A program made the translations under genes and the position numbers. A stretch of DNA of 63,888 nucleotides, filler included, from Basidiobolus meristosporus CBS 931.73 (taxonomy: Eukaryota > Fungi > Basidiobolomycota), in NCBI GenBank assembly GCA_002104905.1. It is 4 parts of 4 records of this genome, joined end to end, with 100 filler letters (N's around TTAATTAATTAA, not from the genome) between each part and the next. Parts side by side here need not be neighbours in the genome. Positions count along the whole stretch, not along the records: positions 1 to 19,725 come from MCFE01001026.1; 3 more parts are not named here. One strand, written 5' to 3'. Of this stretch, positions 1 through 9,922 are shown one piece after another. Positions within the stretch are counted from its first letter, which is position 1. Each line of letters opens with the position of its first letter. The notes below the pieces were generated by a model. It made no database searches. It was given only the letters and a program-made list of their open reading frames with translations, and had not been told where the DNA came from.

Positions 1-2107
1 AGCAATATGCTTCCAGCGGGAAAGGCTACGTTCTACACAACATTCCAGCTGAGGGATTGAATACACCATTATCCGAAATAGTGGAAGAGCGTCAATTTAC
101 TGTTCGAGCGATTGTGGTAGGAACTATCCTAGGTGGGTTTGTCTCTGCTAGCAACCTCTATATTGGCCTTAAAGTTGGCTGGGTTTTCGGTGCGTCCATG
201 TTCGGGGCTTTATTCGGATTCGCAATCCTGAAGCCTTTCTCTCGTATGACTGGCAGTTATTTTGGCCCGAAGGAAAACTGCGTCGTTCAAACTGCTGCAA
301 CAACTACGGGAGGTCTATATGTTGGCTTTTTCACCGCTATTCCGGCCCTCTACCATCTAGGCCTAATGTCCCCCAATTTCATGGATGATATACCGGCTTT
401 ATTGCTCTGGACAACCGGCAAGTATTTCGAATCCTGTGGTTACGTGTATTGTTTCTAAGATTGTTTCCCCATAGCCGCAGCATTCTTTGGCCTCTTCTTT
501 GCTGTACCACTCCGAAAGTACTTTGTCATAAAGCAGAAGCTCCCTTTTCCCTCTCCAACAGCAACGGCCGAAACAATTAGGCAATTGCATGCGACTATGA
601 CGGGTGAGCGTGAGGCCATGCAAAAAGCAAAAGTGATGCTCGGATGCTTCATGGCTTCCTCCATTATACCAATTATTGGTGTATTCTTTCCGCTTCTAGA
701 GTACGTACACTTGCTATACTGGATTGGCGTAGCTACTGGAAGTCAAGGACTCATATCTGCAGATCGCGTATGGAAGTGGGTGATTAATCTTGATCCAGCA
801 TTCTTAGGTAAGTGGTTTTCAAAAAGTGGTTTTCATTGTTTTGATCGGAAGAGTAAGCAGCTAAGTTTTCCAAAGGTGCTGGCACACTGATTCCCAGCAA
901 TACTGTAGTGTCGCTATTCTTAGGGCAATTGGTGTCATATGGAATAGCTGGTCCACTGATGTTGGCATCAGGGAATTTCGTCAAAGCAACCGGATTTGTT
1001 TCCGAAGGACCAACTGCTCAATCCTGGTTCCTCTGGCCTGGAATAGTTCTGATGCTGGCTTCTTCCTTTACAGAACTCTTTTGTAATGGAGGGAGTATAC
1101 TGAGAGCAGTCCACGGGGCCTTTTCAGGGTTATATGGTACTATCAAGCATATGCTAATTCGCCGGAATCCTGTTCACGAAGAGTCATTGAAAGATGAGGA
1201 GGACGACGATCCGGCCCCCAGGAACGAGAGAATCCCAACATGGATGTGGGCTGTGGGACTGACAATTGCTGTCGTATTCAACTGCTTAGTACTAGGCTTC
1301 TATTTCAATATGCCAGCGTACCAGTCCATCTTGGCCATCTTTGTTGCTTTTGTGCTATCATTTGTAGGACTTCAATCAGTGGGTGAAACGGACATTAACC
1401 CAGCTGGCTCCATTGGAAAAACCTCCCAGCTAATATTTAGCCAATTTTCTGCGCCTTCACTTGCTGATGTTCAGCGACTCAATCTTATGGCGGGTAATGT
1501 TGCTGGTTCTGCATCCTACCAAGCGGTCGACATGGTTAAGGACCTACTCACCGGCCACATCCTCGGCGGAAGTCCGTTGGCTCAATTCTACACCCAGCTG
1601 ATTGGTTCATTTTTTGCCATTTTCATTGCAGTAGGAATATTTATTCTTTACGCTTCTGCTTATCCCTGTGTCACTGATGCAAACAGCATGCCTTGCGACT
1701 TCCAATTGATTGGAGTGGTTGCATGGAAAAACGTGGCTGTCACTATGACTACAGGTTTGGATATACCGTACGATAGCAAGATGTTTTCAGTAGCATGTGG
1801 GGTGTTCGCTGTTGTGTACACTGTGCTGAAAAAATTGGTGATTCCCGTGAAATACCATCCATACCTTCTGAATGTCAACGCCTTTGGTATTGGTTTTGTT
1901 AACGCTGACCCTGGATCTGCTTTCGGGATGCTATGCGGAAATCTCTTCTTTCTCGCATGGAGGTTGGTACGACCTAAACGCGCTGAATTTTATCATTACT
2001 CTGTTGGGGGAGGGCTACTAGCTGGCGCGGGTATTGCTGGCTTAGTAAAAGCTATGCTACACATATTTGGCGCAAATAAGAACTACCTTAAATGGGGGAC
2101 TCCTTGA
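1..2107 (+). CDS. OPT/YSL-family oligopeptide transporter, 5'-partial; exons <1-417, 475-807, 876-2107
   Basis: Frame is open from the window start. OPT motifs: QFTVRAIVVG, SNLYIGLKVGW, FGPKENCVVQTAAT, FAVPLRKYFVIKQKLPFPSPTATA, GETDINP, DLLTGH. Introns 418-474 (GC-AG) and 808-875 (GT-AG) join the three ORF pieces in frame. Confidence 0.9.
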
Positions 2108-2443
2108 TACCTTCTACAGTAAGTCAATAAATAGCGTTAGTCAACAATACCCAAACTGTGTTATCCAATAATGCCTACAGTCTGTTCATTTTGGCCAGAG
2201 TGGTGAATCTTTTAATACTGGTATTACTTTTACTCAGTTGATTTCCGACGTAGGCATCATTATCTATTCTTTTATTGACGCTTCCTCGCAATTTACAAAT
2301 AAATCTTTGGCTTCTTTGGGTTCAACGCTTTATCCTGTATGGGAGCATATGCATTGATGCAGATAGGTTTCTGGGAATGATAATTGCCATCAGGTGTAAT
2401 CTTTACTCATTTCATGCAAAAAAAGTGACCAGATACTAAATGC

Positions 2444-2496
2444 TTAGGGTTATGGGAGGAAAGTCATCAGCTTAGGGGGGTGACAGTCACTTAGGG
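2444..2496 (-). mobile_element. Stack of abortive retroelement 3' termini interleaved with TTAGGG
   Basis: TTAGGG (2444), B-like terminus fragment ttatgggaggaaagtca, A-like fragment ttagggggg-tgacagtcac (2472-2490), TTAGGG (2491). Confidence 0.7.
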
Positions 2497-3315
2497 CTAG
2501 GGGGGGAGACAGTCGCCAACAGGCGAAATCTTTATTTCAGTAGAAACAAAGAAGCCAGCGCTACTGTTGTAGCTTTGATACAAGAGTTTGTAGCTGAGGG
2601 GAATTTGTAGGTAAGTTTACAAGAAGTGATGATAGTTCTTCAGTGCTCAAGACACTGTTCAGTGGGAAGGGGGGTAGCAAGAGAGGTAAGAATGACTTGT
2701 GAACAACATTAATGAGGGGAATGTGATAAGGATTGATATTCATCATAAAGGGAGTGTGCTGCTGCAGATATTGCTGCCAAAGGTCTGTCAAGTACTTCAG
2801 GTAGGCCAGCTTGGGTTTTTCTGACAGCAGAATATAATGAGCAAACTTCTTGACTTCAGGATCTCCAAGTATAGTTCTCCAGCAGGAGCCAGGTGTTGTG
2901 TGGTGTGTTCTCTTCCAGGCCTTAATCAGTGGGTTGTTGCAGTGGTGAAGTCTGAGGTATAATCTGGTTCTAAGGTAGAGAAGTCTGATCTTATAGGGCA
3001 TAAACCCAAAAGCACCAAGAATAGCATGTCTGTAGGGGCATTCAGGCAAATGAGGCGCCAAGGAGGTAATGCACCATACTGCAAACTTGTCAAGCTTAGT
3101 GCAGTCTCTAGAAGTAAGAGCAAGAAGTGGTAAGCCAAATTCCAGGACAGGGAAGACAAACTGCTTGAGTAGAAGGAGGCAGCTGGGAGCTGAAGTTGTA
3201 GGAGGAGTAACATCCAGTAGCTTGTGGAGTGCCTGTCTTGCCAGGATAATTCTCTTCTTCAGGTGTGCTCCAGAGTCTAGTCCAGTAGGAAGGAAAGGAA
3301 AGCCAAGATATGTAG
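2497..3315 (-). mobile_element. Telomeric LINE family A, copy A1 (5'-truncated, ORF2 C-terminus only)
   Basis: Near-identical to the 3' ~820 nt of the long copy at 50833-53823; joins the family C terminus at tgtag|gggg. Confidence 0.9.
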
Positions 3316-5134
3316 GGGGAGGGAAAGTCACCAAGTTGGTGAAATCTTTATTTGAGTTAAGAACTAATCTAAGTACAAATAAAGAAGCCAATTAAGAGGT
3401 CTAGAACCTCTCTAATAAGTAATCTAATTTATGTTTTGTTTCATCTCTAATGTTTGTTTCAATAAAGTGAAGCTCATCAGAGGTAAATATAAAATTCAGG
3501 GGTTTTGGGGGAAGTACAAATTGTAGATGTTTCTGATCAATAAAATCCAAGACTGGAACCCAGCCTGGAATTAGGTGTAGTAGGAAAGGTGTATGGACTT
3601 GTAAGTAGCTCTGCCACATAGATCTTAGATGGTCCTGAGCCAGTAGTCTTGGTTTCTCAGCTTTTTGAAGTTTTGAAGCAAGCTCTGTTACTACAGCAGA
3701 GCCAAGCAGGGTGTGCCAGCAAGAAGATTTCAGGAAGAGTTAGATTGAAGCCATTGTTTGATGGAGGGGTTATGTGATTTCTGAAGTTTGACTAGGAAGG
3801 AAGCACGGAGATAGATCATTCGGATTTGGTATGGGTAGAACCCAAAAACTCCATTAGTTGCATGGATATAGGGAGATACTGGAAGACAAGGTACCAAGGA
3901 TCTGATACACTGATGGAGAAATTTATCCAGGCGGTGAAGTTCTCTGGAGGTTAGGGGTATAATGTGGAGACCAAATTCAAGTACCGGCAGTACATACTGC
4001 TTCAGAAGTATAGGGATCTTTTGAATTGGAGTGTCTGGAGTGACTACTACCAGAAGCTTTTTGAGAGCCTGTTGGGCAAGACGGATCCTATTATTCAGGT
4101 GGAGCTTTGAGTCAATCCCATGTTGACAAAATGGCAGACCTAGATATATTGCAGTTTGTTGTGGCAGAATGCTAGTGTTCTGTATAGTTGTAGTGCACCC
4201 AATTAGGACTGTCTTGGAAATTGAGAGTGAGAGGTTGTTGGCAGCCAAGTACTTCTCAATGATGGCAGTGTCTGCTATGGGATTAGGGGTAGCAATCTTG
4301 ATATCATCCGCATAGAGAGTTAGTAGTGGATAGGGAGAGTCTGGTGAGGGGCCTTTTGGAAATAAAGGAAAGTTGTGTAGGAATATCACAAATAGTAAGG
4401 GACCTAGTACAGATCCTTGGACTACTCCATTTGGAACCTCATAAGTCTCTGATGTACAACTTGGATGCAAAATTTTGGCTGAGTTCTCACAAAATAGAGA
4501 ACGTACAAGAAGGGTCATTGGTAGTGTGGTAACTGCTAATAGCTTTCTCCAAAGCAGAGCTCTGTCCACAGAGTCAAAGGCTTTAGTAATGTCAAACAGA
4601 ATGGTTGGCAATGAGAATTGAAGTGAATGATCATGGCTTAGCACTACAGCCATATCCAAGGAGAGTTTGGGCAAGAATCCAAACTGGGAAGGATGAAATG
4701 GATATAGTTGAGATTGCAAGGATCTTGCTATTATAAGCTCAAATATTTTCCGGCAGGTTGGTAGGAGCAAAACTGGCCGGTAAGAACCTGGGAGTGAGTG
4801 TTTCCCCTTCCCTTTGTATAAGGGTATTACATTTGCCTGTGACCAGGCCTTTGGGGTAGTCAATTGTTGGGCACAGATAGAGTAGAATGGGAGAAGTAAG
4901 TGACTCATTTTGGAGTAGCACACCCGGAGTAGATTGTAGGTAATCAAGTCATGTTCAGGTGCAGTATTTGCAGGAAGCTTCTTTAAAATTCTCTCCAGAA
5001 GCTTTGCTGAAACCAAAATTGGAGATGTTGGACTGCTAGATATGTTACCAGTATGGTAGAAAGGAGGAGTGGGATGCACGGTTGAATCAAAGAATATAGG
5101 GGCCAGTTTGTCTGGTGATGGTATACTCCTTGCT
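3313..5134 (-). mobile_element. Telomeric LINE family C (diverged RT lineage, 5'-truncated, frameshifted)
   Basis: RT motifs ILFDITKAFDSVDR, GVVQGSVLGPLLF, LYADD in ORF 3730-5079; C-terminal piece in ORF 3401-3619. The 3' terminus variant is gggga-gggaaagtcacc-aagtt-ggtgaaatctttattt. Confidence 0.85.
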
Positions 5135-5850
5135 TTGCCAAATTTGAAAAATTGTTAAGATTGTAAACCAATTTCGCATTAATCCAAAATTTGTTTGGCG
5201 CAAAAAAATAATTATGCAAAAAGATCAAAAAAGATTTGCTAATCTGATATTAGTTGCCAAATTTGAAAAATAGTCAAGATCAAGAGCACAGTTGGCACTA
5301 ATCTTTATTTTGTTTGGCGCAAAAAAATAATTTTGCAAAAAGATCGAAAAAGATTTGCTAATCTGATATTAGTTGCCAAATTTGAAAAATTGTTAAGATT
5401 GAGAGCACAGTTGGCACTAATCTTTATTTTGTTTGGCGCAAAAAAATAATTTTGCAAAAAGATTGAAAAAGATTTGCTAATCTGATATTAGTTGCCAAAT
5501 TTGAAAGATCGTCAAGATCAAAAGCACATTTGGCACTAATCTTTATTTTGTTTGGCGCAAAAAAATAATTTTGCAAAAAGATCAAAAAAAATTTGCTAAT
5601 CTGATATTAGTTGCCAAATTTGAAAAATCGTTAAGATTGAAAGCACATTTGGCACTAATCTTTATTTTGTTTGGCGCAAAAAAATAATTATGTAAAAAGA
5701 TCGAAAAAGATTTGCTAATCCAGTATTAATTGCCAAATTTTAACAAATGTTAAGATCAAAAGCACATCTGGCGCTAATTCTTATTTTGTCTGGTGCAAAA
5801 ACTTCTTTTTGTAATAAAATCCAAAAATTAGCTAATCCAATAAAAACAAC
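5135..5850. repeat. AT-rich tandem repeat, 119-bp unit, ~6 copies
   Basis: ttgccaaattt recurs at 5135, 5254, 5373, 5492, 5611, 5730. Confidence 0.9.
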
Positions 5851-6278
5851 GATATTCATATTATCAAAAATTAAATTTTGTATCATATTAATTTTAAGTT
5901 ATTAAAGAAAACCTTGCATCTATTACAACCAGCTCAAAGATGTTGTTATTTTGGTAACAACAGCAAAAAATTTAAACTTTTAATTTCGCAACTAACCTCT
6001 TGTTAATCTAAACTCTGCAGAATACACCAATATATTATTTTAGCAAATCCCTATTTAGGCAACTAGGATCAGATTTTATAATTTTTATTTACGTAACAAA
6101 CATCCCGCAAATCTTAATTTTATAAAGTATTCCCAAAAATCAAATTTAACAAATTGTTATTTCAGTAACTAGGATATAATTTGAAAACTATTAAATTCGT
6201 TACAGACATCTTGTTATCTTAATTTTATTAGGTACTCCCAACAATTAAATGGTATGACCTGTTGATCTTGCATTAGGG

Positions 6279-7164
6279 TTAGGGGGGGGAGGAAAGTCAC
6301 CAAGTGGTGAAATCTTTATTTACTTGTTGTTGTAAAAATTCGTATTTTCCACCTGAATATTCACCTAACTTAGTCACTTAGATCATCACCTTCAAATCCT
6401 AGAGAATACTGACCAAATTCCTTGTCGGGATTTACTTAGAATATTTTCACCAAAATACCAGGTACCCAGAACATGAAAATTCTCAAAGTTGTCCAAACAG
6501 CCCCAAACTTTGCACACATGTTCTTGGGACCTTCCTTAACCTATTCTACATGTTTGTTATGCCAAGACCATGTAAAAGTATAAATACTACTTTTACATTC
6601 AATAAATCATTAAGTGAAAAACCACATAATCTACTTGTTCTCCAAATCACTTCCAATATCTCCAAGACTCTTACAACACTTATGACAAGTATCTAAAGAA
6701 GCCAAGTTAATCTGAAGTTATTCCTAGAAAGCTAGGTCTGAGAGATATCTTCCTGGTAAGCCAGGTCTGAAAGTTGAGAAGCTGAGTGGTACTATATTTC
6801 CTAGTTAGCTAGGTCTGAGAGTGGTTTCCTGGAAAGCCAGGCCTGAGAAGTGAGAATCTGAATATATCTGAGCTAAGTTATACTGGTTTGCGGTAGCTGA
6901 ATTGTGGCCGGAATGGCCAGTAGACTGGGGGAACTGAGATGTATTTCTGGGTGATCACTGGCCAAATTTACTAGGCAAATCTGGCCAATTAGCATTTCAA
7001 GGATTTCAGCCAATCAGAGCCTTTACTTTGCCTGATGGTTGATCAAGCCATCTCCCAATGAGCACACATCAATTTATTAATCAAATTTTGCTGGATCCAG
7101 GATTTGAACCCACAACCATGGGTGTGGAAGGGTTAGGGATAACCACAAGGCTAAGTGTTCTTGG
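6279..7164 (-). mobile_element. Telomeric tRNA-derived SINE (family B), copy B1, full length, interrupted by a solo LTR
   Basis: Minus-strand A box TAGCCTTGTGG (7153-7143), B box GGTTCAAATCC (7110-7100), non-coding body, shared LINE-type 3' terminus next to TTAGGG at 6273. Confidence 0.8.
6328..6678. mobile_element. Solo LTR (351 bp) inserted in SINE copy B1
   Basis: TGTTGTAA...TTACAACA ends; flanks cttgt/cttat form a 5-bp TSD with one mismatch. Copies B2 and B3 show the empty site tacttatgac. Confidence 0.8.
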
Positions 7165-7383
7165 TTAGGGGGGAGGAAAGTCACCAAGTGGTGAAATCTT
7201 TATTTACTTATGACAAGTATCTAAAGAAGCCAAGTTAATCTGAAGTAATTCCTAGAAAGCTAGGTCTGAGAGATATCTTCCTGGTAAGCCAGGTCTGAGA
7301 GTTGAGAAGCTGAGAGGTACTATATTTCCTAGTTAGCTAGGTCTGAGAGAGGTTTCCTGGAAAGCCAGGACTGAGAAGTGAGA
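7165..7383 (-). mobile_element. SINE family B, copy B2 (5'-truncated)
   Basis: Matches the 3' ~220 nt of B3; directly followed by an A terminus. Confidence 0.85.
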
Positions 7384-7386
7384 GGG

Positions 7387-8766
7387 TTAGGGGGGAGACA
7401 GTCACCAACAGGTGAAATCTTTATTTCAGTTGAAACAAAGAAGCCAGCGCTACTGTTGTAGCTTTGATACAAGAATGTGTAGCTGAGGGGAATTTGTAGG
7501 TAAGTTAATAAGAAGTGATGATAGTTCTTCAGTGCTCAAGACACTGTTGAGTGCAAAGGGGGGTAGCAAGAGAGGTAGGAATGACTTGTGAACAACATTA
7601 ATGAGGGGAATGTGATAAGGATTGATATTCATCATAAAGGGAGTGTGCTGCTGCAGATATTGCTGCCAAAGGTCTGTCAAGTAATTCAGGTAGGCCAGCC
7701 TGGGTTTTTCTGACTGCAGAATAAATTCAGCAAACTTCTTGACTTCAGGATCTCCAAGTATAGTTCTCCAGCAGGAGCCAGGTGTTGTGTGGTGTGTTCT
7801 CTTCCAGGCCTTAATCAGTGGGTTGTTGCAGTTGTGAAGTCTGAGGTATAATCTGGTTCTAAGGTAGAGAAGTCTGATCTTATAGAGCATAAACCCAAAA
7901 GCACCAAGAATAGCATGTCTGTAGGGGCATTCCGGCAAATGAGGCACCAAGGAGGTAATGCACCATACTGCAAACTTGTCAAGCTTAGTGCAGTCTCTAG
8001 AAGTAAGAGAGAGAAGTGGTAAGCCAAATTCCAGGACAGGGAAGACAAACTGCTTGAGTAGAAGAAGGCAGCTGGGAGCTGAAGTTGTAGGAGGAGTAAC
8101 AGCCAGTAGCTTGTGGAGTGCCTGTCTTGCCAGGATAATTCTCTTCTTCAGGTGTGCTCCAGAGTCTAGTCCAGTAGGAAGGAAAGGAAAGCCAAGATAT
8201 GTAGCAGAAACCTGAGCAGGTAGAGTGGTGTTCTCCAAGTTGATGGGAGAGCCCAATGGTACTGTCTTTGCAATGGAAAGCTGGAGATTATTCTTCTGCA
8301 GATACTGGTGGATGGTCTGGGAGTCTTGTTGCACATTGGAGGAGGATATTCTGATGTCATCAGCAAAGAGAGTAACCAGGCAGTCAGCTGAGAGTCTTGG
8401 GAAATCATTCAGGAAGATGGCAAAGAGTATAGGACCAAGCACAGAGCCTTGAACCACTCCATTAGGAACTGAGAACACAGCTGATTGCTCACTTGGGTGC
8501 AGAATTCTTGTTTGTGGATCCAGAAACGGAGACCTGACAAGGAGGGTGAGAGAGGTACTGGAGAAGCATTGCAACTTGGACCAAAGCAGATTTCTGTCAA
8601 CTGAATCAAAGGCCTTAGTAATATCAAACAGAACAGAGGGATACTTGCTCTGGAGAGAGTGATCTTGGCTAAGTATGACTGCATATTCCAAGGAGAGGCC
8701 AGGAACAAAGCCTAACTGTGCAGGATGAAACTTGAGGGAGTCAGAGTAGAGTTCCTGAGCAAGCAG
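7387..8766 (-). mobile_element. Telomeric LINE A, copy A2 (5'-truncated in RT, capped by TTAGGG repeats)
   Basis: ORF 7450-8691 has LFDITKAFDSVDR, QGSVLGP, FADD; followed by gggttagggttagggtt (8767-8783). Confidence 0.9.
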
Positions 8767-8783
8767 GGGTTAGGGTTAGGGTT

Positions 8784-8905
8784 CTAGTGCTTTATTGGGA
8801 AATTTGCACAAGAAGTACAATCTTGAAATATGACAAAGTCATATGAGTATAGCAACTATTATAAAATGAAAACTACTTTGCCAGTAAAAGGGGTGAAGGA
8901 AACTG
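8784..8905 (-). mobile_element. Unclassified telomere-attached fragment (family D terminus)
   Basis: Minus strand ends ...cccAATAAAgcactag-aaccctaaccctaa; sits between two TTAGGG junctions and lacks the shared hairpin. Confidence 0.45.
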
Positions 8906-9354
8906 TTAGGGGGGAGACAGTCACCAACAGGTGAAATCTTTATTTCAGTTGAAACAAAGAAGCCAGCGCTACTGTTGTAGCTTTGATATAAGAGTGTGTA
9001 GCTGAGGGGAATTTGTAGGTAAGTTAATAAGAAGTGATGATAGTTCTTCAGTGCTAAACACACTGTTCAGTGGGAAGGGGGGTAGCAAGAGAGGTAAGAA
9101 TGACTTGTGAACAACATTAATGAGGGGAATGTGATAAGGATTGATATTCATCATAAAGGGAGTGTGCTGCTGCAGATATTGCTGCCAAAGGTCTGTCAAG
9201 TAATTCAGGTAGGCCAGCCTGGGTTTTTCTGACTGCAGAATAAATTCAGCAAACTTCTTGACTTCAGGATCTCCAAGTATAGTTCTCCAGCAGGAGCCAG
9301 GTGTTGTGTGGTGTGTTCTCTTCCAGGCCTTAATCAGCAGGTTGTTGCAGTTGT
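8906..9354 (-). mobile_element. Telomeric LINE A, copy A3 (3' ~450 nt)
   Basis: Near-identical to the A 3' end; joined to the next terminus at gttgt|taggg. Confidence 0.9.
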
Positions 9355-9393
9355 TAGGGGGGGAGACAGTCACCAACAGGTGAAATCTTAGGG
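9354..9393 (-). mobile_element. Telomeric LINE A, copy A4 (terminal ~35 nt only) capped by TTAGGG
   Basis: ttagggggggagacagtcaccaacaggtgaaatc followed by ttaggg. Confidence 0.75.
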
Positions 9394-9394
9394 A

Positions 9395-9922
9395 TAGGGG
9401 GGAGGAAAGTCACCAAGTGGTGAAATCTTTATTTACTTATGACAAGTATCTAAAGAAGCCAAGTTAATCTGAAGTAATTCCTAGAAAGCTAGGTCTGAGA
9501 GATATCTTCCTGGTAAGCCAGGTCTGAGAGTTGAGAAGCTGAGTGGTACTATATTTCCTAGTTAGCTAGGTCTGAGAGAGGTTTCCTGGAAAGCCAGGCC
9601 TGAGAAGTGAGAATCTGAATATATCTGAGCTAAGTTATACTGGTTTTGCGGTAGCTGAATTGTGGCCGGAATGGCCAGTAGACTAGGGGAACTGAGATGA
9701 ATTTCTGGGCGATCACTGGCCAAATTTACTAGGCAAATCTGACCAATTAGCATTTCAAGGATTTCAGCCAATCAGAGCCTTTACTTTGCCCAATGGTTGA
9801 TCAAGCCATCTCCCAATGAGCACACATCAATTTATTGATCAAATTTTGCTGGATCCAGGATTTGAACCCACAACCATGGGTATGGAAGGGTTAGGGATAA
9901 CCACAAGGCTAAGTGTTCTTGG
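9395..9922 (-). mobile_element. SINE family B, copy B3 (full length, ~530 nt)
   Basis: A box 9911-9901, B box 9868-9858. Same 5' end as B1 (gtgttcttgg|ttaggg). No coding capacity evident. Shared 3' terminus. Confidence 0.85.

Noticed and set aside
3069-3395. Recurrent small ORFs overlapping LINE ORF2 (e.g. 3069, 7958, 10496, 17345, 51404 and alternate-frame minus ORFs)
   Set aside because: Shadow frames repeated only because the element is repeated; no independent coding signal.
9480-9620. Hammerhead ribozyme in the SINE (ctgaga motifs next to stems)
   Set aside because: No CUGANGA/GAAA core in the correct arrangement on either strand by eye.
9850-9920. Functional tRNA gene
   Set aside because: A and B boxes are present but acceptor, D and anticodon stems do not pair; treated as a SINE head.
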